A program made the translations under genes and the position numbers. A stretch of DNA of 64,000 nucleotides from Vicugna vicugna (taxonomy: Eukaryota): contig MU057701.1 of assembly GCA_013265495.1 (NCBI GenBank), forward strand, positions 124,001-188,000. Reading direction: 5' to 3'. Below are positions 1-12,859 of this stretch, in pieces; the stretch's first letter is position 1, and every line of letters begins with the position of its first letter. Below the pieces are notes generated by a model that saw only the letters and a program-made list of their open reading frames with translations, was not told where the DNA came from and did no database searches.

Positions 1-1149
1 CCTGAGTCCTGCAGGGACCTGTCCAGGTGTTTGAGGGCCATCTTCCCGGGGCCACCTTCAGTCTTTTCCTGCCACGGTCTTCTTTCTTCTGCCTGCCCTG
101 CCCCTGCTGTGTTCAGCCCCAACCAGGACCCTCATTTTAATGCCATTTCCTTTAACACCCAGCAACTTTCTCAGCGGTCAGAATGGAGAAGAGTCTTCAT
201 TTGGTTGACGGGTTCCCCTGCCCTTGGAACTGTTTTATAAGCAATGATCTAGTTGCCAAGGGGACAAATTATGAGAGCAGAGGCTGAACAGCTGGTCTTG
301 GGGGACAGGGAGGGCAGCTTGGAGAACGGCCAGTGGGGGGAATACAGGCGCCTGCTCGGTCACCCGGCAAGGACATGAACGGCCGTGTGAACACTCCCAG
401 GCTTCACACTCCGCTGCATCAAGAGGAGGAGAGAGCACATCCAAACTGAAGAAAAGATGTCAGTTCTTAGCAGGCCTCATTGGAAAACCTGACAAGCCAC
501 TTGGTGGACTGTGTGGAGGAGAGGGACACGAGCTGGGAGTGCGGAAAGCAGCTCAGACTGACCTGAGAGAGAGGAGATAGAAAAGGAGGGGTGTGGTGAG
601 GTCTGAAAGACAGGGGGTTGGGTGAGGCAGACCCAATGTCCCAGTCAACCCTTCCTTCACCAGCAAAGTCAAGTCCAGGAGGAGAGGAGGGAAACTTACG
701 GGGTTGAATCCACGCATCCGTGGGCAAGAAAGAGCAGGTGAGTTAGCCATCTCACCTGGCGGTTCAGCACAGCCCGCCTTCTAGGTCCTGCCGACCAGCT
801 AGCCAGGAAGCATCGCTGATTGGCCCAGCATCCCCCTTGAGGAAGAACAGAGACTCAGTCTCTTGCTTCTTGGAGCCCAGTATCCTTTGAGCCCTGAATA
901 TTCTCGTGGCCAGTGACCCTGTCACCCCAGCCTTCTTTGTTTGCCCAGTCATCCGAAACGTGTGGTTCCCAAACAGCTCCCTGAGTTCCCTGCTGAGACG
1001 AGATTCTGCATGCCTGGGCCCTGACATCCAGCCTAAAGATTCTGGCTGTGGTCCCCACTCATGACATGGGCGACACAGATACAGGTGGAGCCTGAACATG
1101 CCATCCTCCGTTGAGCATTATCATTTTGCCATTTCTAGGACAAATTGCT

Positions 1150-1300
1150 TCTTTAAGCCTCCATTTCCTTATCTGGAAATAGAGGGCACTAACGTCCTAG
1201 CTCTTAGGGTTGTTGTGGGAACCAAATGTGCCATCACATGGAAAGTACTTAGCAGAGTACTGGTACTCCTGGTAATAGATACTAACATTATTATTATTAA
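1150..1300 (+). mobile_element. MIR SINE fragment
   Basis: cctccatttccttatctggaaatag...gggttgttgtg...aaagtacttagcaga resembles the MIR core and 3' end. Confidence 0.7.
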
Positions 1301-1719
1301 TCAGCCCTCCACAGGAGCAACTGTACATCAAGCTCAGTTCCCTTCTCTCTGGCCTTGCCCAGTTCTGCCCACGCCCTTACCCACCCTCTGACACTTTTAC
1401 CGGGCCTTCTCCCCTTCCTTCCAACTGCCCCTCTCCCCGTAACACCCACACATGGAAACCCCGCAAGCCTTGAGTCCATGCCCATTTCAAACTCCATCTG
1501 AATCTGCTGAGAAACTCTGATCTCCATCCCAACACTTCTGAAGGAGCCTTCCTCTGTCTGTTACCCATTATCCCCACCAGTGTTCGTGACCACTTAGACC
1601 TGGAATTGCAGGGTCCCCACACCATTGCCTCATGACACTGAGACCATAACCCATATGCTTCTGAGTGAATGATCAGGGGTCCCTAGAAGGCACAAAAAAG
1701 GGAAGGCGGGCAGGAGAGC

Positions 1720-2045
1720 TGAGTCAGGTTAGACCTCCCTGTACAGCAGCCACAAACGACCCTTCCAATTTAGTGACTTCGCAACAAACTTTCTTTTTTC
1801 TTGCTCAAGCTGTGTGTATATCACAGGTCAGCAGGGAAATTCTACTCTGTGTAATGACTCGGAGATTCAGAGTGACAGATGCTCCGTCCTGACTCGTGTC
1901 TCTACAATCCCAAAGGCAGGGAAAATGGGATGGCAGAGCACTCAGGGGCTCCTACAGCTTCCACCAGGAAGAGACACATGTCACTTCTGCTCATATTTCT
2001 TGGCCAAAGCAGGTCCCCTGGACCAGCTTGACTTCAAAGGGTATT
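1720..2045 (-). mobile_element. Old MaLR LTR (MLT1J/K-like)
   Basis: acacatgtcacttctgctcatatttcttggccaaagca is typical of old MLT1 LTRs. Confidence 0.6.
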
Positions 2046-3154
2046 GAGCATCAAAACAAACAGCCTCCTACCCCAAAAATGTATTTCCTGTGGACTGTGC
2101 CAACCAACCCGTCCCTCCCAGGGCAGCCAGCCCCCACCTCCACCGCCAAGGGGTCTGGCCAGACCTTTCCTCCTCCTCCTCCCCTCCTTGATGTCCTCGC
2201 AGGCATAGCTGGGCATTTTACTGGATGTAAACACAAGGCGCGTGCTGCTGAGTGTGCTCCCATGTATGTGTGTTTCTAATTAAGACCTAATGCATGAAGC
2301 CATCAGATTTGCTCAGATTGGCTCAGGATTCAGAAAAGGCTGAGGTTTTATAAACTCCTCAACCAAGGGAATGCATGAATTATTGAACCGAGAGAAAAGC
2401 GGCCCAGAGAGGAAGGGCTGCTCCATTATTCATCAGGCCCGGAGTCCCCAGGTCCCCGAGCACAGCTGCTGGGTTTAACACCTACAGCATTTCCCCATCA
2501 TGTCTACAGCGAGCGTTTCAAACAAGCTGTATTGGCAAGCAGGGCTCCCGCCCACGCCACCATCCACTGCCTGTCTCATTAGCTCAACCAGCCCCCAGCC
2601 GACTGTCAGATAATAACGCTGGTGTTGGTGCCCACCCACCTTCCCTTCCTGGGGTTTTCTGCTCACAGGCCTCCAAGCCTGAGGTCCAAACTCTTTAAAA
2701 GAAACAAAAAGCCTTTCACTCTGGGCGCCACGTGTCTGCACAGTTTTATCTTCCTCCGCCCTCCACCACCAACCTGCCCCAGACCATTTGCACTTCCCTG
2801 AGTGTAACTGATGTTCTCATACCTTTGCCCATGCTAGTCCCTCTGCCTGAAACTGCCTTCCCGTCGCTTTGTCTAGTGGGTGACCTTCTCTTCATCTTCA
2901 AGACCACATCAGAGGAAGGGAAAATAACTTCCTTTGCCAGCCCCTGTGTTAGATGTTTGTGCAAACATTATCCTGGTGAACTGTCTCTGGCCTTTGCTGG
3001 GAATGTTAAATGCAGATCTTGAGAAAGGCACATCTCTTGGCTGCTATGCCCACTTTTCATCTTTTCGTATCACTCATCCAGCTCCACCAGTTGCTTTGCT
3101 GGGTGGTTTTCCCCTTGACTTGACAACTTCAGTCTTGGGAAATTCATCCTACTT

Positions 3155-3480
3155 AGATTCATTCATTCAGCAGTGCATTAACTGTGCACCTACTATGTGC
3201 CACACCTCTGCCTTCAAGGCACTCACAAGCATAGCTGGGGAGACTGACAATAAACTCACCAGTGCTAAACAAGGGAGAGCTAGTCAAGAGGCTCCTGGGA
3301 CAGACTGAGGGAACGAAAAGTTAATTATTGGGTCAGAAGGAGCAAACAGAATGAGGTTTTGAAGGATCTATAGAAGGTTTCCAAGTAGTGAAGAGGACAA
3401 GCCAAGCAGAAGAAACTACACATTTGCTAGAGTTTAGGGGTGATGAGGGTTGAGAGTTTGAGAAATGTGAGAACCCATCC
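3155..3480 (-). mobile_element. L2 LINE 3' fragment
   Basis: attcattcattcagc...gcacctactatgtgcca...gccttcaaggcactcaca. Confidence 0.65.
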
Positions 3481-4329
3481 TAGTTGAGAGATGTGAACAC
3501 CTTCAGTGGGGTGAGAGGCCTCTCCATTAGGGGGTTCTGGGAGGTAGGAAGGAACACTCATGGGAAAGGTGGGAGAAGAGAGAGAAAGCTGGGAATTTTT
3601 TAGGCCTAAAATGCTGTGAATAGGAACCTGGTGCATTCTTTCCAAAGACCTTAGGTTGTCCCAACTCCTCATGACCCCATTCACATGTGACAATGTCCTA
3701 TGACATCCAGGTCAGGAGATTTTAGCAGTATAAGGGCTTCTGGTGGGGCTGCTGTCTTACAGTTTTCAACAAATATGTTCATTGATGATGTCTCATTATC
3801 TTACTTCTGTCCTCAAACATATGCACATTCCATGTATTTGACTACTTCATGGTCTGTAGAGATTTTACATACCTTCCAGTGGAGGCTCCCCATGGCCTGG
3901 CTGACCAGGGTTACCTCCTGGAAGCTCATCCTTGCAGGGTGACCCTGCTCGCTCATAGCAGAAGGCAGATGCTGCTGGTCTGCAAGTAAGCCGCACAAAC
4001 GTGTAGAACAAGGATGTCAGACAGGCTGTCATTACAGAGAAATGAAGATGGGCAAGTGTTCAGGCCAGAAACATTTAACTGCTGGCTTCTACCATCCAAC
4101 CTGGCTGGACAGGCCACCCTGGCTCCAGCTGCAGCTTTCAGATTACTCATAGATTAACAAACATTTATTGAGTACCTACTGTGTGTCCAGAGCCCAGAGA
4201 ATCAAGGAGACACACACTGAAGGAAGAAGAAATTAAAAAATTGGGGTTGCTATCATTTACTGTACACATATTTCCATTCTGTACTTCAGAGGGGCAAACT
4301 ATGTACCTAATGTCACAGAGAAAGAAAGC

Positions 4330-4555
4330 ATAGTGATGTTTTCAAAAGTACAGATCCGGGAGCCAGACAGATCTGAGCTGCAGCGCTGGCTCCTCCATTT
4401 TCCACCGTTTGTCGTCAGGCACATCACTTCATGACTTTGTGCCTCAGTTTTTTCATGCGTACAATGGGATTTTTTGGGAGGGATGATTTCATCGGTGCAA
4501 AGTGCTTTGAACAGTGCTTGGGGCACAGGACGTGATCACTACATACTAGCTGGTG
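4330..4555 (+). mobile_element. MIR SINE
   Basis: gggagccagac...tgtgcctcagttttttcatgcgtacaatggga...aaagtgctttgaacagtgcttgg. Confidence 0.7.
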
Positions 4556-4739
4556 GTGGTGGGGGTGTTGTTTTGGTGACGATGATAACAATGATGATGA
4601 TTGAACGGAGCAGCGGCAGCTGAGAATTGAAGGTAAGTCCAACTCAAGCCAGGGACATCCCAGCCAAGCTCTGTGCGACCTCCCAAAGCCTCCTCTCCCT
4701 TACTTCAGCCCCCAGCTCTCCACCTGCAAACCCCACCTA

Positions 4740-5220
4740 GGTGCTTCCCCCAGATGCGCTCACCTCCCGGGGCGGAACCCGGCGTCCGCAGGGTCTCAAA
4801 GCCCGCCGGCAGCTCGCAGCGCCGGGTGGCGCCGGGGTGGCGCAGGGGTGGGGAGGCCCCGCCCGCGGCCCCGCCCCCTGCCTGCCCCTCCCTCCCCGAG
4901 TTCGCGGCGCGAGCGGCGGTGGCAGCCACGGTCACTGGCGCGGAGCGGTTCGTGCGGACGCGACGGGGCGGGCGCCCCCGGGAGCCTGGCGCGGTACCGA
5001 GCCCGCGAGGGACGTTCGAGCAGGGTCAGGTGCCCCTGCGGGTCCAGCGAGGTAAGAGCCGGGGAGACCGGGAGAGACCCGCGCTCCCCTCCTGGGGGCC
5101 CCACAGAGGATTTCCCGCCAGAGCCTCGGCCACTGCGCCGGGTCGTTCCGGTTACCGTGGGGCCAGGGGCTGGGGCCAGACTGTCCCCTGCGTGCTGGCA
5201 TCCTAGCCCATCGCGGTGAA
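4740..5220 (+). promoter_or_regulatory. CACNG5: CpG island, probable CACNG5 promoter
   Basis: Very GC-rich and CpG-dense compared with the flanks. GC boxes at about 4768-4775, 4857-4864, 4869-4877 and 4965-4974; no TATA box seen. It is the only strong CpG island upstream of the coding exons. Confidence 0.75.
4900..5051 (+). other. CACNG5: Probable non-coding first exon of CACNG5 (start approximate)
   Basis: Lies just downstream of the GC boxes inside the CpG island and ends at a strong donor GAG|GTAAGA (GT at 5052-5053). No ATG between 4900 and 5051. Confidence 0.6.
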
Positions 5221-5240
5221 GAAAGGGGTAGGGTTGGGCG

Positions 5241-5276
5241 GTGTGTGTGTGTGTGTGTCTGTGTGTCTGTCTGTCT
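5241..5276. repeat. (GT)9 microsatellite with a (GTCT)-like tail
   Basis: gtgtgtgtgtgtgtgtgtctgtgtgtctgtctgtct. Confidence 0.95.
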
Positions 5277-8200
5277 TGGGGATGTGCGAGGGAGGTGATG
5301 ACACCCCCTCTTTGTGGACCCTGCTGGGCTGCCCACTGCAAAGCGGAGGACAGACTCCCACGACAAACTTCAATAGGACTGGCAGCAATTATCTGTATAG
5401 CGTGGAAGGGGAAGCCCACCACCACCTGTTGACCTAGGCTGTCCACCTGCCGAGTGGCCTCACTTCCCCAGCGGTCCCACCGACCATCCCAGGACGCCTC
5501 CCGCCTGGCTGTGGGGATGGCAAGGATGCCCGGTCCTGCTGGGTAGGAGGAAGTGTCCCTGCTGGATGCCACAGCACAGAGACGATCTCGCAGGGGAGAA
5601 AGGGGTGGTGGCTCTGGGGGACCTGCAGGCAAATGCTGAGTGTAAGACATCCACCCCCCAGGCACACACCGAAGTATTTCCTCAGTCACTCCAAAGCCTC
5701 ACTCCTCATCTTAATGACTTGACCTGTCTCTTTGCCCTCATCCTAATTTGGCAACTGATGAAGATGCAGTGTGCTGAAATTTTTCAATGAAGTCAGATTG
5801 TCACTTCCCAGGACTGAAAGGGACTGAAGAGATAATTCCTGGGAACCTGGCTGGGGGCCAAAGAGGCTCATATTCTGCGCCCCTCCAGTGCTGACCTGGT
5901 GCCTGCTCACAGTGGTGGGGCAGTGTGCTCTCACTGGCCCCTAGGACCTGCCAGGCACATCAGTGTCCCTTTTTATGGTTGAGGACGCTTTCATTCAGGA
6001 AAGGGCAGGGATTCGCCCACTTTATACTGAATTATCAGCGACTGGACAAGGGCAGCCTTGGACCCTTGGGTCTCCAAGGGGGAGCCTGTCTTAGTTTAAT
6101 AGAAGTCACATTCCAGCTGTCACCAGTGCTGGCTCTTCTTGCTCCATATCCGTCCCAGGGAGCACAAGATAGGACCTTCCCTCTCGGCCATCTCAGGCCC
6201 ACTCTGTCATCTCCACAATCCTCAGGGCTTGAATAATTAACAGCCCAGATTGCACTGAAAGTAGATGTGGGGGAACTTTGGCTCAGATCTGATGTCCTGC
6301 CTTCAGGACATCTCAGGACCACGGGCATCTTGGTGACAGGTTGGTTGCTCCTCTCTGCTGACCCCCCAGCCAGCGCTCCCTCCCAGAGTCTCCTGCCTGC
6401 CTGGCTCTGTCTTATTCCTCTGCTAATTTGGCAGCTGGAGATATCTGGGGACATCTCATCATGGGTCAAGTTCCCAGGGTGCTTACAAAGGGTGAAAATT
6501 GTAGCTGCACCTGAGACATCCTCCACCCCAGACTTCAGCCTCCCTTTAAGGTGTGGAAGGCTGTGGATGCCCTGAGGGGCAGGATAGAGCCAGGGCTGCC
6601 CTGTCCACACACATCCTGTTTGTGAGACGCCTGGCATCCGGGTGGGTTACACTCTGGCTCCCGCGCCACCCCCCAGCTGGCAGCAGGCTTTGAGACCTTG
6701 GTCATTTTCAGGCTATGAATTGAAGTTCCATGACCTAGTGTAGGGGAGAGGAAAGCTGGGGAAGATTGCCTGAATCGGTCACATTTGGCCTAAGGAGGCA
6801 GGCTTTATGTCACAGTGGAAAATGTGGGCTCCGACCCCAGCTGGGTCACTGACTATGTGACCTGGGCCAAGTCACAGAGGCTCATTCCTCATCTGTAGAC
6901 CAAGGCCAGAGGTGTGGTATAAATCGAGGACACAGATGTCAGTGTTGGGCTCCCTGGACATGACCAGGGCCGGTCCTCTCTGCTTCGTTCAGCCCCTAGC
7001 CTGACCCTCAGGCACAGGACTTGAGAGATGACTGTGCTGCCAGGATCCCGCATGCCATCCTCAGAGCTTTGGATTGTGTGTGGGGGGGCATGAGTTTTTG
7101 CATCAGGGTAGCTCATGGATTGAGTTTGGATTTGCAGAAAGCACGGATGGGAGAGTCGGAACCCAGTCTCCACCCAGCCCTACCTCTGGGGGAGCTGGCA
7201 CTTCTGACTCAGGCTTCTAGCCATCAGTATCCTGGGCCTGTCCCACATAGCCTCCTGGCTCATTCCCCGGGTGGTCACTGGGCACACACCTGCTCCTTCA
7301 TTCCATCCTGGGTTTTTGGGTCAGCCTTCCTCCCTGGCAGAATTGGAGCCAGCTCCATGTGACCTCAGGGACACCAGGAAAACCCCTGCCCACCAAAAGT
7401 CACCCTATCTTCCCAAGCTTAGCTATCTGCTGCCTAATATTCCACCATTAGAGACTCATTCCTTCGGCTGACAGCCTTGTACCCAGTTAAGTCAGCTGCT
7501 AAACCTTAGCATCAGTGACTTGTTTAAAAGCTTTCAGGACCTGTGAGGGGAGAGGGAGAGGGGAGGAAAAAGAAGGTGCAGAGAGTGGGAGAGAAATGGT
7601 ACTTTGTCAGCCTGTTCTGCAGATCAGCTGTGAGCCCAAGGAGGCCCCCAGGAGAAGGAAGAGCTTGGGGAGGTGGGGCAGGGGGCAAGCAGCAGGCAGG
7701 GACAGCTGTGAATCTCAAGTGGGAATTCTCAGCGGGACTGCGGGGTGGGCGGCCTGCCAAAGGAGCGGAGGAGCCTTCCAGTCTTGTGGCTGGGGTGGGG
7801 CCGTGAACTAGGCCCCAGGCCGAAGCGGCCTCCGCTTTCACGCTGTTCTCCCTTCCCCTGAGAACACAGCCGCATGGTGCTTAATATGTTCTCTGGTGGT
7901 GTTCTCTGCAGAGGGAGAGCCCGGGCTAGTCGCGCTGGTGAAACTGTCAGTGGTAATTTGTTAGGTCTGCAAGAGGCCTGGGCTGAGCTGGGCCAGCAGA
8001 GGGTTCAGCGCCTCTGCTTCCCTCCACATCCCGCACCCCTCCCATGACCTTATCGTGAAAAGAGCAAAAACAGGGTCGTAATTCACTCAGTCTCCTGGGC
8101 TGTGGGAGGCCCAGGGGTGCAGGGTTTGGATGGGATCATCTAAAAGGCTCGTGGAAGTGGTTCCTGGCCCAGCTGGGCACACGGTCCTGAGTTTTCCAGT

Positions 8201-8576
8201 GGCGGGGGGCGTGGGGGTGAGAACTGATAGTGTCCGCTGAAGGAGCCCACGGCAGGCTTGCTGGGAGGAGGGGCAGGCTGGCATCGCTTGGGCTCTCAGC
8301 GGGCCTGAAGCATGGACTGGTCCTGCCCCACGATGGCCCAGCCATGCCCCGTGGGCAGCCCGTTGTGGGTGCTGCTGAGGGCGGAGCTCAGACCAGAGGG
8401 AAGAAGTTATAGGTCACCAGGACGGCCCGTTGGCCGTGAACTCCTAAATGATCACTCTCAACTGTATCTGTACTTAAATAATAATAATGGTGACAACAAT
8501 GATAGTAGTAGTTTTGTTCCTCATCAATCATTTATTGAGCACCTACTGTGTACAGGCTGGCTACTGTTGTCAGTAC

Positions 8577-8777
8577 TAGGGTTGCAGCTGTGGCACCATT
8601 GGCATTTGGGGGAGGGATTGGGGGGCTTCCTGTGCGTTGTAGGACTATAGAAACCTCCTTGTCCTCTGCCCACCGAATACCAGGAACACCCCCCTCGCAT
8701 GGTGACACCCAAAAATGTCTCCAGACATGGCCAGATGTCCCCTGGGAGTCAACGTCGTCCACTGTTGAGAACCACTG
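8577..8777 (-). mobile_element. MER20 (hAT-Charlie) inserted in an L2 remnant (about 8515-9200)
   Basis: ccaaaaatgtctccagacatggccagatgtcccctggg...gttgagaaccactg matches the reverse of the MER20 consensus as recalled. Confidence 0.85.
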
Positions 8778-10682
8778 GGCGTACAACTATGAACAAAATA
8801 GACCAAATCCCATCCTGTTCCCTTAGAAGCAAGCATTCCAAAGGGGGAGGCGAACAACACATATGCTAAAGAAGGAATCTAGCTGGCTGGCTGTGTGGTG
8901 CAGATGCTACAGAGAAAGACAAGGCGGGGCTGGGGTTTAGAGTGTGTTGGGGTCAGGTGGGGAGGTGTCATTTTCAAAGGGGACTCAGAGAGGCCTCCCT
9001 GGTGAGGTGGCACTAGAGCAGAGCCAGGAAGGAGGGGAGGAGGAGCAGAGACCTGGGGGCAGGGCCTTCCAGGCAATAGGGAGAGAGAGTGCAGGAACAG
9101 GAGGCGGTGGGCGTGGCTGGGTGGGGAGCAGTCCGACAAGCTTCCATGGGCATGAGGGCCCTGCAAGGACATCAGCTTTGTCTGTGAGTGTAAAGGAGAG
9201 CCAGGGTGCACTCATGACCTGCTAGGTGCAAACACCATCCCAGGTGTTTTTCCACGCATACGCGCAGCAGTCCTGTAAGGTGGGTGTTATTTCCAGAAAT
9301 GCCAAGTGATGTGGGGGGTACCACTGGGACATAAACTCGAGCATTCCATGCTCTATTGTCTAATCCTAAAACTAGGACTTTGGAGCCACACAGAAGTGGG
9401 TTCAAATCCTAGCCCAGTCACTTCCTAGCTGTGTGTGGCCTTGGACTAGCCTCGGTTTCTGTAGGCAGTGGTGCGTTGTCCTTTGTCCCCTTGTCTGTCT
9501 GTGCCATCTCTCGTGGGGCCTCCCAGTCCGTCCGTGCTCTTGTGCCAGCAGGAAGCCAGAGGGCAGGCAGCACCCCCCCATTCCTCCCAGCCTCAGCCAT
9601 GGGCTCCTGTTCCGGATTCATGCATCTGTTCGCTGAGCTGCAGCAACACCATCTGGTGAGGTCAAAGCCGAAATCTCCAGAGGTCAGGGAAGTTAAATGC
9701 TCCCTCTGCCTCCCTGGCCCCGAGAGCTGGGGAGGAGGGATCACCCTTTCCAAGTCATCATCTCCCAGGGCCTTCGGGGCCAGGCTCTGCCCAGTTCCTC
9801 CAAGGATGCTGGCCTGGCTCCTCTTGGGAGCTAAGCGGGGCTCAAGCTCCAGACCTGCTGTGTGGTCGAGCAGGTGCTGGGGCGGCTGACACAAGACTCT
9901 GTGACTCCTGAGTCCCCAGGACTCTGCATTAGAGAGTCTCAGTGAATCCATTGGCAAGTTCTCACTTTTTCATGTCAGAAATAGGTTCTTAACAAAAATG
10001 GTAGGTTCAGAAATTACCCCAGAGAAGACACTGGCTGCCCTTAAAAATGATTGATTCAATTCCGTAGAGGACTCGGGGAAAGAAATTACCCCAGAGAGTT
10101 GACAGCTAAGAAAAGAGGAGCCCTGAGGGGAGGGGCAGCCGAGTCCCTGGTAACGCGTCCACGCATGCGCAGGGACGTCTTCCCTGGGGATGTGATGGGA
10201 GACCCCAGGAAGGGCGTTTCCAGGACTGTCGGCCACACAGGTGTGCGGACATGTGCTCGAGAGGGTGTGAAGCCCCGCTCAGGAGGTGTGTATATCGGCC
10301 CCACGGGGTGTGGTGTGTCTGTGAATTTGCCCCGTCCGATTCCTGGGCAAGTGGCTGTCGGAGGTGGCTCTGTCCTCCCCGTGGTCTGTGGTTCCCGGGA
10401 TGATGGGATGTCCGAGGCCCTCTGACTCGGCCAGGCAGGCCCCACCCAGCAGAAGCCCCGAACTCTCGCTGCTGGAATCTTTGATGCACTTGAAGAAGAG
10501 CAGAATGGGTGGACGGCCCTTTCTGCACCTGCCCAGCGGCATCTCCGCTGCCGCGGCAGGAGAGTCAGGGGGAACAGCCCAGGCCTAGGGGTGGGCATCA
10601 GGAGACCGGGGCTGGAGCCCAGCTACTCTTACTGTGTGGCCTTAGGCAAGTCCCTCTAGAGCTCAACGGGGCCTTGACTCTG

Positions 10683-10723
10683 AAAAAAAAAAAAACACAC
10701 AAAACAACAACAACAACAAAAAA
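10683..10723. repeat. A-rich / (CAA)n tract
   Basis: A run followed by cacac and aacaacaacaacaac. Confidence 0.85.
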
Positions 10724-10809
10724 ACCTGAACACAAGGCACCAGTGAGCAGGAGGTGTGGAGGGAGGGACACGGAAATCAAAGGCGGCTTCGTTACGCAAA
10801 AAGCAACGG

Positions 10810-10823
10810 CCAGAAGAGGGCGC
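10810..10823 (+). promoter_or_regulatory. CTCF-like motif
   Basis: CCAGAAGAGGGCGC, 13/14 match to CCASYAGRKGGCRS. Confidence 0.45.
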
Positions 10824-11779
10824 CACTTCCCTTGTGTGCTTTAGGGGCGCCTTCACTCTCCTGGCCCCCTCTACCCCACTAACCACCTGCCATGCCCCCC
10901 ACCCGCACTGTCAGCGGGGTTTAGCAGCTGGTCTGCAGAAGCATCCTTAAATGTACAGATGCTGGGCGGTGGGGGGCGGGGGTGCTGCACGCCGGCCTTG
11001 GAGGGTTTGCACTGGCCTCACCACTCACTGTGGAGGGACCTCGACCAAGCTCCTTGCTCTCCCTCAGCTTTCCTCCTTGGTAAAATGGAGATGACAGTAA
11101 TAAAATTATAGGGAGCGTCTGGGGTGAGTGGGGTCTTTAAAAAACTTTTTTGGTCACGAACAAACTTGACAGCTGAGAAGTTCAAGGCTCAGAGAGGCTG
11201 AACCCCCCACCCAAGTCATCCAGTTAGTAAGTGGCAGTTGGAGATTTGAACCCAGGTCTCTCAGGGGCCAAAGCCCGAGGGCTCCTTCTGCTCAAGTAGC
11301 TCAAGCGGAAGCGAGGAGTCGATGGAGAGGCCCCAGGCACGTCCTAGAGCCCAGGGATGGCACTTGAGGTCTGATTTCACGAGGACCTGGAATGAGAGGA
11401 ATGGAGGGAGAGGCAGGACTGGGGTTCTCAGAGCCCTTCCAAACCCAGGCTCCCCCGCTCATGTCCTCTGCAGACCACGGGCCACGGAAGGCCTTAAAAG
11501 GGTGTGAGCACACCAGTCAGCTGTGTGCCTCTCTAGGGCCTGCTCCCAGGGCAGAGGGGCAGTGCTTGGAGAAAAGGGAGGGGCCGTGGGCAGGCAGGCA
11601 GGCCAGAGGGTGAGTGGGACAGAGGGCCCAGGAGCAGGCCGTGTAATTTTCTAAAGTATGGTCTTCAGTCCCACATGTCAGGCCAATGGAAAGAGACTGA
11701 TGTCGGACATTTCCAGAAGATAGTGGCTCAAGATAGTCCCCACCACTTTTGCGGCATCTGGTTTGTACCGGCTGCTTCT

Positions 11780-11960
11780 TGCAGTGTTTAATTAAATCCC
11801 CACGACAGTCTTGGGCAGCGGGCTTTATTATCCCCATTGCACAGATGAGGAAACAGAGGCTCAGTGGCAGAAAGCAACTTGCCTGAAACCACGTGGTAGA
11901 TAAGTGGCAAAGCAGGGATGGAACCTAGGTCTCTGCAAAGCTAAAAGGGGCAAGTTTTCA
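11780..11960 (-). mobile_element. MIR SINE
   Basis: attatccccattgcacagatgaggaaacagaggctcag...gggatggaacctaggtct. Confidence 0.8.
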
Positions 11961-12859
11961 CTGTGCCACTGCAAGCCATTCCCTGAGCAAGTGCAGGCCT
12001 TGATCAGGGGGAGACAAGACTTGGAGCGGAGAGGGGAGACCGGACATTTCAAGAGCTACATTTTGGAAGGAGGGGGACTGAAGTTTTAATGACCCTCATT
12101 GTTTATTGTTTTAATTTCTCGTCATTGAAATAGTTCCTGTTTATGGCAGAACATTTGGGCCCCGTTGTGTGTAATTCCAAGGAGCAGAATCTGAATTGGC
12201 AGGAAAAAGAAGTTACTGGGAGCAGCCCTGGCATTATCTCGGGCAAAGTTATGCTCACTTGGTGTTGTCGCCTGATGAAGTGAGGGGGGCGGTTCCCATG
12301 TTCCCAGAGGCCAAGCCCAGGCCGCCTGGGTCACAGCCCAGCAGGGATGCTGCAGGAGGCGTTCCTGCTCCAGAGCCTGGACTTCCATGAGCCCTTCTTG
12401 GAGGGAGACAGGGTGCTGTAGACTCAGACCCGTGCCTGAGGGCAGACACTGAGGCAGCTGGCACCGGAGCCGAGGTCGTGTGGAGGGTGCCGCCCTTGCC
12501 TACGCAGGAGCCAGCTGCCAGCCTGGTCCTGAGTCTGGGGGAGGCAGGAGCCCCTGGAATAAGCCGGTGTTGGAATCGCTTATCCAGCAGGGGTTTTCAA
12601 GCAGAGGTCCGACAGCTGCCCTAGGAATTCTCTCTGCAACTTGGCAAGGGGTTGTGGGGGAGGGCACAGCTGGGCAGGAAGGACGATCCTGATTGGGGGA
12701 GAGAGCCTAGGTCTGGAAGTGGGGCACCCACACACCGTGGGGTCCTGAGATGATGAGCCGGGCGGCAGATCTGCACTGGCCCTCCCAGAGACAGACCCCC
12801 TGGGGAGCACAGGTCCCTGGATCGTTCTCCCGCCAGGAGGAGGCAGCTGTGCTGGCCGC

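Noticed and set aside
1..4700. Exons of the neighbouring genes (PRKCA upstream, CACNG4 downstream)
   Set aside because: No kinase-like or second TARP-like coding sequence is visible anywhere in the window.
4796..5689. 297-aa minus-strand ORF and overlapping ORFs across the CpG island
   Set aside because: Stop-poor GC-rich DNA, translates through a (GT)n microsatellite (HTHTHT), and has no recognisable domain.
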